NCBI RefSeq assembly: GCF_009914755.1
Contig: NC_060930.1
DNA: 64,000 bases
Source: the human T2T-CHM13v2.0 reference genome, Homo sapiens
Reading direction: 5' to 3' (one strand)
This document shows, in pieces, positions 53,340-64,000 of the stretch (positions are counted from its first letter, which is position 1; each line of letters opens with the position of its first letter). Below the pieces are notes generated by a model. That model did not search any database and was not told the DNA's origin. It saw only the letters and a list, made by a program, of their open reading frames with translations. The position numbers and the translations under genes were made by a program.

Positions 53340-55872
53340 TTTTGTATCTCAGAAAAATTGCAGGTTCATTTCCAGACCATCACAATAAAGCAACTATTGC
53401 AATAAAGCAAGTCACACAAATTTTTTGGTTTCCCAGTGCATATAAAAATTATCTTTATGCCATACCATAGCCTGTTAGTTGTCAATAGCATTACATCTAA
53501 AAATGTACATAGCTTAATTAAGAAATCCTTTATTGCTGAAAATGCTAATGGTCATTTAATATTTCAGCAAGTTGTAATCTTTTTGCTGGTGGAAGGTCGT
53601 GCCTTGATGTTGATGGCAGCTGACTGCTCAGGGTGATGGTTGCTGAAGGTTAGAGTGGTTGTGGAAATTTCTTAAAATAAGACAACAATGACGTTTGCCA
53701 CATCTCTTGACTTTTCCTTTCATGAAAGATTTCTCTGTAGCATGAAATGTTGTTTGATCGCATTTCACCCACTGCGGAACTTCTTTCAAGATTGGAGTCA
53801 TTCCTCTCAAACCCTGTGCTACTTTATCAACTAAATTTATGTAATGTTCTAAGTATTTTGTTGTCACTTCAACTATATTCACAGCACTTTCACCAGTAGA
53901 TGCCATCTCAATAAACCACTTTCTTTGCTCATCTATAGGAAACAACTCTTCATCCATTAAAATTTTATTTTGAAATTGCAGCAATTCAGTCTCATCTTCA
54001 GACTTCACTTCTAATTCTAACTATTTTGCTATTTCTACCACATCTGCTGTTGCTTTCTCCACTGAAGTCTTAAATTCCTCAAAGTTATCCATAAGGGTTG
54101 GAATCAACTTCCTCCAAACTCCTATTGATGATGATATTTTGCCCTTCTGTCATAAATCATAAATGTTCTAATGGCATCCAGAATGGTGAATTCTTTTCAG
54201 AAGGTTTTCAGTTTACTTTGCCCAGATTCATCAGAGGAATCAGTATCTATGGCAGCTAAGGGCCTTACAAAATTTATTTCTTAAATAATAAGACTTGAGG
54301 GTTGAAATTACTTCTTGATTCCTGGACTGAAGAATGGATGATGTATTAGCAGGCATGAAAACAATGACCATCTTCTTGTATGACTCCATCAGAGCTGGTG
54401 GGTAACCAGGTGCATTTTCAATGTGATAAAAGAAAAACTTACTCCAAATTAAATGTAAAGGAGTTTAATTGAGCAATTAATGATTCATGAATTAGGCTGC
54501 CCTCAGAATCACGGCAGATTCACAGATATTCCAGGGATGCCTTGTGCTCGGAATGAATTTATGGAGAAAAAAGGTAAAGTTATGTACAGAAACAGCAAGA
54601 TTTGCTACAGCTCTGCGTTAGCCTTATTTGAGTGCAGTTTTAACACTCAGCAGTCTATGAGTGGTTGAAGTATGGCTGCTGGGATTGCCCAACGCTCAGC
54701 TATTGTTATGGGCGCATACTATTAAGTTAGGTTTTCAATTTTGTCTGACTATTAAGCTAGGTTACAGTTCATCCACAAGGACTCAAATATAGAAGTATGT
54801 AGCCCTACTCAGGCCATATTTAGTCTGCTTTAACAAGTGAGCAGTAATATTTTGAAAGGACTCTTTTTCTAAGTGATAGGTCTCAACAGCTGACTTAAAA
54901 TATTCAGTAAAGTGTACTGTAAACAGATGTGCTCTTATCCAGGCTTTGTTGTTTCATTTGTTTAGCACAGGTGGAATAGATTTAGCATAATTCTTAAGGG
55001 CCCTAGGATTTTGGGAATGATCAATGTGGCACCAGACATATCTGCTCCTTATAAGAGAGTCCGCCTGTCCTTTGAAGCAGGACATTGACTTCTCCTCTCT
55101 AGCTTACATGGCATCTTCTTCTAGTATAAAGCTGCTTTGTCTACATTGAAAAGTTGTTGTTTAGTGTATCCACTTGCATTCATTATCTTAGGTAGATCTT
55201 TGGATAACTTACTACAGCTTTTTTATTAGCACTTGCTGATTCACTTTGCATTTTTGTGGAGATGACTTCTTTCCTTCAACCTCATGAAACAACCTCTGCT
55301 AGCTTCAAGGTTTTTATCTGAAGCATCTTTACTTCTCTCAGCCTAGCTTCCAGACTGTCTCAACTTTTGACATGCCTTTCAAACTAAGCTTAATCATTTC
55401 TAGCTTTTGATTTAAAGTGAGAAATGTTCAACTCTTCCTTTCACATTCTTGAATACTTAGAGGCCATTTAGGGTTATTAATTGGCCTAATTTCAATATTG
55501 TTGTATCTCAGGGGAATAGGCAGACTTGATGAGAGAGAGAGAGATGAAGGAGCTGCTGGTTGGTGGAGCATTCAGAACACACACAGTAATTTAAGTTTGC
55601 AATCTTGTATGGGTGCAGTTTAAGGCACCCCAAAACAATTACAATAGTACCATCAAAGACCACTGATCACAGATCATCTTAACAGATATAATATTAATTT
55701 AAAAGTTTGAAATGTGATATCTAGACACAAAGTGAGCACATGCTGTTAAAAAAGTGACACCAATAAACTCGTTCAATGCAGGGTTCCTACAAATTGAAGG
55801 TTTGTAGGAGAAAAAAAACACAATATCTGCAAAGCACAATAAAGTGAAGTGCAATAATATGAAGTGTGCCTG
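53340..55872 (-). mobile_element. Tigger1 DNA transposon (near full length, decayed transposase), interrupted by an LTR
   Basis: Tigger1-like ends (ttccagaccatcacaataaagc; gcaataatatgaagtgtgcctg|TA). ORF 53628..54008(-) EDETELLQ...DEEL..DEQRKWF.EM...AVNIVE.TTK.LE.YINLVDK matches the Tigger1/TIGD1 transposase C-terminus. Confidence 0.9.
54424..54835 (-). mobile_element. MER57-type ERV1 solo LTR nested in Tigger1
   Basis: Minus strand begins TGTTAAAGCAGACTAAATATGGCCTGAG...TTCTATATTTGAGTCCTTGTGGATGAACTGTAACCTAGC. 4-bp TSD-like aatg/agtg. Tigger1 sequence resumes on both sides. Confidence 0.8.
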
Positions 55873-56605
55873 TAATAGAATTTAACTAGGTGATGATTAA
55901 ATTTTCTCCAGCTGTGATTTTATGATATTCTAGACTTTGATTTCCTGGGATTCCTTTGCTAGGTTTGCCACATCTTAAAAAAGAGCAGCCTCTGATTCCC
56001 TACTCAAGTCTCAGTCTGTCTTCCCTGGTGATTCATGTATTTGCACAATACCAAACAGAGAGCCATTGAAGATTGGGAGTGGCCCACCACTCAAGAACAC
56101 AAGCTTTGGCATTGGTCTGGAAAAAGATGGAAACTGTAAAAATACTTGGAATATTGTGGCCACAGAGGAATAGCTGGACTGAAGATTAAATACTGCCTGC
56201 CAAATTATAGTATGGTGCAGAGTCTTATTGGATCAATGCACAAAGATGACATGCTGCTTTGTGCACATTCAATTTTTAGTCATTTAAATAAACATTTTCT
56301 AATTTGGGAAGAAGTACAACAAATTTTTAAAAGCATTTTTAGATTTATTCTCTTCTTAAATCCAATAGTAATATAAGTTGGTCAGTTTTAATCTATAACA
56401 TAACTGAAGGATTTTCTACATTTTTTTCTTCCTTCCTTTTTTCATTTTCTTCTTCCTTTTTTACCTTTCTCTCAGCAGAAACTCTTTTTTTTCTGAAATG
56501 TTTTTAACAAGGCCTTCTTCAAAGTACTCTAAAAATGTATCTCTTTCTTCTGGAAGAACCAGAATATATTTCTCTCTTAATGTTTGTTATGAAATTGCAT
56601 ATTTT

Positions 56606-56904
<299 letters not shown>

Positions 56905-57735
56905 GAAATTGCATATTTTCCCAAAAGTGTATGCTTACATTCAAATTGGGTTGTTGGTTACCAAACTGAGGTTTTGGTGATGTTACTGTACCCAGAGAGA
57001 AACCTGCTTATTAAGGATGAGTTTCTCATTAATTACCTTGCATAGTCGTAACCATGAAAATGAATCCCGTTCCCTGACAATTCTCCCATCAGAGTTTGAC
57101 AAATTAAAGAATTTTATGAAGCCTTTTCTTGAGCAAAAGTGGGCATCACACTCACCATTAAAGAGGCATCTAATGGGAAACCAACTGGGATGTTGCCACT
57201 TAATGGGCTCTGTATTTATCATTACATTATCAAATATCAACATTCATATCACTGTAAAGAAAACAACAATAGAAGAGTACAGTATTCCCTACTTCTGGTA
57301 ACAGCATCCCTGGCCAAGTAGGGCAGAGGAGAAAAAGGCAGTGAGAAGGGGACTTTGTAGGGAGGGTTTGGCACAGAGAGAGTGTTCTAATCTAGTAGGG
57401 CGGAGTGTTTGACCCCTGACATTGTTTAGAATGAAAATACCTTGTGACAATAAAAAGCAGACCAGTGTTTAGTCTATTTTATTATTTCTTTAAATTTCCT
57501 ACAGCCAGTGCTATTATTGCCTATACCTGGGGTGGAGTGCTTCCACCTCTCCACCTCCATGGCAACCCTTCATATACCACTGCTCCTAGGAGCTGAAACT
57601 GTGATTTCTGAATAACTTCCCATTCAATATTATAGTATATTGGTGAAGAGATTTGGGTAGAATTTATAGCCAATTTGGGATTATTATAGGAAAGAACTAG
57701 TTGCTCTTATACAATTCAAAACCCTGCCCCTTATG

Positions 57736-57739
<4 letters not shown>

Positions 57740-57770
<31 letters not shown>
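57740..57770. repeat. T31 homopolymer
   Basis: 31 consecutive T with no adjacent SINE/LINE body recognisable. Confidence 0.95.
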
Positions 57771-57772
<2 letters not shown>

Positions 57773-59119
57773 CCTTCAGACTGATGTAGAAATTGAGAGG
57801 AAAGAAATAGAAGAGCCTAACTGCTGGTGTAGCAGAATCAGCAGATGACTTTGTTTCAAATAGAGATTTCTTGCTGGAAAAAACAAATTTCCTCAGAAAA
57901 TATAAGTGAAATGATGTTAGATAAAAAACTCAGACTATGTTTGACATTCAAAAATTTAGTCTTCAGCCTGTCAAACAAAGTGAAGAATTCTACTATGACC
58001 TTGGCAAATATTCAGCCTTTTAGCTAAAAAAAAGCAATGTAAACAAAATGAGTACATATCCAAGTTTTATATGACTGTTCACATGCCACATATACTGACA
58101 CATCTCCAGAAAACATATAGACTGTCTGGGGATTTAGTTATCTTGTTGACATAGGCAAAATCAATAGGCATTTATAGAAACTGTGATGAAACGTCTTTCT
58201 GTGAGACCTCATCTTTGGCAAAGTGCCCCTTCTTTGCTGAGCAGCTGTAAAATTTAGTGTAGTCTTTATTCTATTGTATTGAGGTAATCCATGCCTACTT
58301 CCTACATAGACTGTAGGCTTCCTGGGGGGAATTCCTAATGCTCTCTAGAGTTGTACTCTAATTTCTAGCAAATGCCTGACACATAATCACATAATAGCTA
58401 CTTAATTTATTCTAGAATAGCTTTCCCAGTGTCAGAGAAGTATGGATGAGAACTACGGAAGATAAAAGAAGTATAAATGTCACTAAGGATAAGACACAAC
58501 AGGCTAACTTCAATCTTGAGGCGTGATCTTTGTGGCTGATGATGTGGGTCTCAATTCCTGTTTGCCTTGTGTACATTCTCCTTTTGTTCCCAAGTACCTC
58601 TTTGTTTGGCCCTCCTAGCTGCCCTGCCACCAGCCTCAGCTCTCCCGGTATTAATGGATTGTCTGGGGCTTACCTTTCTTGTTTTTAGCATTGTATGTTT
58701 CTGATACTTGTTTCTGTTTTTGGTGATCTTCAGGATCTAAACAAAGTTCATTATGGCTGAAGTGTAAATGCAGGGGCAGAAGTAGCAAAAGACAAAGGCA
58801 AGGTGGGCAAGTACAAAAATATAAAGAGGCATGGAAACCACGTTTATTCAATGCACTCACCAAAGAGTTACTGAATAACCAAAATGTACAAAACCCTCCT
58901 ATGTACAAAACCCTACCTATGAAGGTAATAGCACAAGGATGGTGTGAAATGAAAAAATTTGAGAGCTACTTACAAGTGAAAATAGATGTAATTTGGTGAT
59001 AGATTAAATGTGGATGTGTACATTAAAAGCGGGCAGCATACCTCCTGAATTCACTTGAAAAATAAGTGTAAAAACAGCAAGACTGACATTTCTGCTCTGT
59101 TTTAGGAATAATGGCAATA

Positions 59120-59320
59120 CAGCATGGTAGATATATAGACTCTGGATACAAACAAATCTAGGTTCAAATCTCTCAAATCCATCTTCTGCCACCTTCTAGT
59201 GGTGTTACCTTGGTCAGATTATTTAACCACTCTAAACTTTAGCCTCCTCATCTGTAAAGTGGGATAATAAAAGCTCACACCTCTTAGACTAGCGTGAGGA
59301 TTAAGTGAAATAACAAATAT
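59120..59320 (+). mobile_element. MIR SINE
   Basis: ctaggttcaaatc...ttaccttggtcagattatttaacc...cctcctcatctgtaaagtgggataata...gtgaggattaagtgaaataa. Confidence 0.8.
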
Positions 59321-61220
59321 ATTTATTCAAATATATTAATAGAATTAGTATGCATATTATATAAAGTTATAAAATAATTATTAAATGTGCTTCTTGCCTT
59401 CAAAGTGCTTATCTGACATCAAAGGAAGTACATAATTGCTTGAGAGTGAAATTATTTTACCTATATTTAATAGCTATAAGTGTATATAGATATGTTTTGC
59501 TATTATTTGTAGGATTGTAGGCATTAAGAAGGATATAGTTGTGTGTGAAAAATTTATGATAGTCAGCAGAGAAACTTAGCTATGTTGAATGTTTACTCTA
59601 TGCTAAACAGTAGGCTATTTACTTTGTATTTATTGTCTAATTCATTACTAAAGAAAACTGTGGCATAGAAATTGCTATCCATTATTACAGGTGCTAGGAC
59701 TGAGGTCCAGGGTTTAGGAGTTACTGAAATTTAAAATCAGGCCTGCCCACCCAAAGGCCCTGTTCATTCTGATATTCAGGCTGTTGAGTGGAAAAATTTT
59801 CTGTGTTCTTGGCCTATTTTGGATATGTCCTTTTTAAGAATAACTGTCTATTTCTTGACTTTCTCCTACCTTGCCTATTCATGAATCCAGGGGAAATATT
59901 CCAATGCCTATGTCAAATATGCCACAGGAAAAACAGCTTGGCTTAAGATTTTCTTCTGTAGCCAGCAGAGTTCAGGAGTCAGGAAATGAATGAAGAAGGA
60001 AGACATCAGAACAGGGGAGTCAAAAGAAAAAATGTGGCTTATGAAACTTTCTTCTTAGGTCTTATAAAAATTCATTCAATCCATGTTTCTTTTATTCAAG
60101 CTCTGGCCTATTTGGTCAAAAGAAGCAACCTTAGTAATTAGCTGTACTCTCAATTCCTCAGTCATTTCTGATCTGTGAACTGGAATAATTTCCTGATGAT
60201 AGGACAGTCTCCATCACATATTTCTTAAACAGATGAAACCACACACACACACAATGCATAATTCCATATTTTTATACTTTTGTCAAAATAATTCAAATAG
60301 CACATATGCCCTGTGATTAAAAATAAGACTCTTCTATCCACATCTTCCTACTTTCAGTTATACTCCCAAGATGCCATCCCTGCCATTTTCTTTAGCTCTT
60401 TCTTTTTGAGGATTTCTCCATATCCCTACACAATATTTACAGAGCTTGATTTCAGGATTAACTACTTTAAACCAAAGGTTTTTAATCACTTCTTTTATAT
60501 TCCCACAAAATTAAGTCAATTAGATTTATAAAAATAACTAGAGTTCTCCTTAAAATATAAGAAATTGACATTATTAAAAACACTGAAATGTATATAACGA
60601 ATGGTATACGAAATAATTATTTATATTTATTTTGATATAATTTAGTGCAGAACAGATTTACTCTCATTTATTTAACCATCTTATTGGTACATGTTTGGCT
60701 TAGTTCCATATTTCTGCCTTTTTAAATAATGCTAAATAAACATCATTTAATATAAAACTGTTACTAAATATAAGCATATAAATAGTTACCCAGGGGAAAA
60801 AAAAGTAATATAATTACCGGCATATTTGCACAGTATTTTTTGTTTTTGTTTTTTCAGTTTTGGAAAAATATTTTTAAACTTTCTTCCAGAAAGTCTGCAT
60901 ATATATATATTTTAATATATATTCATATATACATATTTATACTTTTTCACTAGATAGGGTATTGGCAAGCTTTTTCTGTAAAGGGCTAGATATTTTAGGC
61001 TTATGGGCTAAAAGGCAAAATAGAGAATATTATATGGGTAACTATATAACAAGAGAAAAACAAATTCTCATATATTTTACTTAACAAAACAGATAGTAAT
61101 AGTAGAGTATAATTTAATTAACAAAATACAATAGTAATAATAGAGTATAATTTTTGTAACATAGTTCTACTAAGAAGAAGAATGGAATTCTTTTTGGGTA
61201 ATCACATTTGCTTAGTTGGA

Positions 61221-61829
61221 TATGGTAGGCAGAATAATGGCCCTAGATATATGTCTACATCCTAATCCTTGTAGCCTTTGACTATGTTCTATAACAAAAG
61301 GGACATTGCAGATATAATTAGGATTATGGGGGTTAAAATGGAAGATTTACCAGAATTATTCAGGTGGGCACTTTGAGACAGAGAACTTTCTGAAGCTGGA
61401 GTCAGAGAGATGCAGCAAAATAAGTTAGAGAGATTAGAAGCATGAGAGGCACTTAACCTGCCAGAGGTGGAAGGGCCACATGGAAAGCATGAAAAAGAAT
61501 GTGTCTGGAGTATCTAAGAGCTAAGATTAGCCCCTGGCTGACAGTCAGCAAAGAAATGGGGGCCTCAGTTATACAACCACAAGAAATCAAATTTGTTTAA
61601 AATCTGAATGAATTTAGAAGTAGAATTGTCCCCAGCGTCTCCAGAAAGAAACACAGCTATGTTAATACCTTGATTTTCGTCTCAAGAGATTTCTAAGCAG
61701 AGGACTCAGTTAAGCCACATTATACTCAGACTTTTGAGCTAAATATCTGTGAGATAATAAATGGGAGTTGTAAGCCACTAAGTCTGTGGTAATTTGCTAT
61801 AGCAGTGATTAAAAAAAAAACCTCCTATA
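61221..61829 (+). mobile_element. MaLR solo LTR (MLT1D/E) nested in the Cheshire-like element
   Basis: tatggtaggcagaataatggccc...aaaagggacattgcagat...gccactaagtctgtggtaatttgctatagcag. Confidence 0.85.
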
Positions 61830-62475
61830 TGGGGTTCGAATTTAGCGTTCTCAACCATCAAAATTAATTGCAAATATTAATCTCTTAATGTTGATCTGGA
61901 ATGAAATTTTGTGTGTTTCATCTATGAAATTTCTTTCACACAGCTATTGCCAACTACTGTTAGCAATCTACAAAGCATATGATTTAATTGGATTTGTTTA
62001 TATCTTAAATAAAAGGAATCTCTGTATTCTACTGGATACTTCTCTTGATATTTGACTTTTAACATGTGATTACATTTCAGATTAATCACTTCCAATTGAA
62101 TGTTAGATGGAAACTCCACAGTTGCAGTTAAATGGATTTTGAAATATGAAAATTCCTTTGCACTTTCATCATAGTCACAAAAATGCTGCTGTAACTGTAT
62201 TTTTAGGTCAGAAAATTTTAGTAGTGAGTAGTTTAGCTCACTACTAATTTGTGGAAGAGTGTACATCTAGTTAATTGTTCTAATGTTTGGCAGCACAATG
62301 CATATAGAACATTTGACATTATTTGTGACTCAATATCAGTTTTTGTGGAAATGACTACTGAAATATACATTTCACATATAAGCACTATTTGGCTTTTCTT
62401 AATGTTCTTTAAGAAACACTTTTAATTCTACAGGAATATCTAATTTCAAAACCGCTCAGTGTTTTATAACAGTGA

Positions 62476-62812
<337 letters not shown>

Positions 62813-64000
62813 AAGAGTACTTCTCATTAAAAAAAAAAAAAATTAGTCTGGGCCCTGAGCTCACAGTCACCCGATAGTTAAGTCTGCAAGAGTGAAGGAA
62901 ATTTACTGTTGATGGTATGGTTCAATAGCACACAATGGATTCAAATATTTTCTGCAAAGTACCTGCTGATGAATAATACATGCATAGCAAGGGGTTTAAA
63001 TACCTTACATTTTTACAAGCTTTGTAAATTTATAAAAATTAAGTTATTTTCTGCTTCATACTTATTTTTATCACTATCAGTTATAACACATCTTAGCAGA
63101 TTCCACTTCAGGTCATGCTTAATTAGTGTTTTCTTGGCTTTTTTTAGAACATTCTCACATATAAGCATATTGATAGAGGTTAATTTTCCAGTCACTTCAA
63201 ACTTGCCATTGACTTCTCTAATAAGGAACAACTGACTAGAATTGATAACATGAGTTGATCATCAAGAACCAAGAAAAGCCTCTCAAGATCATTTGCCTTT
63301 TTCATTTTTAGCTGACTATTGATATACTCACAGTGTTTTCAATTCTTTGAGAAACTATTCTTGCCAGAAAGTTGACAGTCCTAATTACTTTCTCTAGCTG
63401 CATTTCTTTAGTTGCTGCAATCACTCATGATTTTATACTACAACATCAGCAAAAGGATTTCCTTGCTTGGCTGATAAGTGAGCTGCTGAGAAATTTAGTT
63501 GCAGCCTCATTTTTGTATTTCATTTTTTGAAGAAATTCTGTCATGATAAGATATTCCATTTACAATTTTCTATTTTTTTCAGATTGCTGTTTATCTATGA
63601 GTTAGGGATGTGATGCGTGCTTAGTCTGGTAATGGCAATATTTTATTCTTTTAGCTGAGCTATCGTGTCATTGCTTAAAAAACAAACTTTTTTTCATCTA
63701 ATTTGACAATGAAAGAATCCACACTCCATTGTACTATAAGACTGCAACGTTCAGAGTCTAATATTTTTTGGTTTTGACATGACCTGTAACAATAATTAAA
63801 AAAAAAAGTGGTACAGCAATATTCACAGCATCCGAAATGTTGTAGAATTATAATTGTGTCACTATGATTTACAGTGGACCAAAGAGCAGTGCAAAGCAAT
63901 AAGAGTGCAAAATATGGTCTGTGTCACATACTCGACTCTGATGTAGTGGTGTGAAAGCAGCCACTGACAATGTGTAAACAAATGAGCAGCGTTATGTCCT

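Noticed and set aside
53628-54008. 126-aa ORF as a TIGD1-like gene
   Set aside because: It is a frameshifted fragment of a decayed Tigger1 interrupted by an LTR.

Overview
AT-rich, repeat-dense primate (human-like; Alu-containing) genomic DNA. The only convincing protein-coding sequence is the 5' part of PTCHD4 (patched domain-containing 4) on the minus strand, in a CpG-rich island at about 46.1-46.8 kb. From splice signals I infer a ~974-nt mostly 5'-UTR exon (47695-46722, ending in ATG-CG), a 311-nt G-rich mini-intron (46721-46411) and the first large coding exon. That exon starts at 46410 and has two in-frame donors, at 45999 and 45825. I recognise no downstream PTCHD4 exon, so positions 1 to ~45.8 kb and ~47.7-64 kb look intronic. 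They are filled with Alus, MIR/L2/L3/L1M fossils, an ERV1 (MER4-group) internal region plus LTR, solo LTRs, and DNA transposons (Tigger1, Tigger7/MER44, Cheshire/MER58, MER5, MER20, MER53), often nested. I found no evidence of a new multi-gene system. The most interesting signals are at the PTCHD4 5' end: a 58-codon in-frame donor switch, three candidate start codons, a uORF-packed leader with an AUGA stop-start overlap, and an overlapping ORF with a strong Kozak context inside the mini-intron. There are also a few local duplication/palindrome scars. Repeat names and reference-protein comparisons are from memory of consensus sequences, not from searches, and repeat boundaries are approximate.
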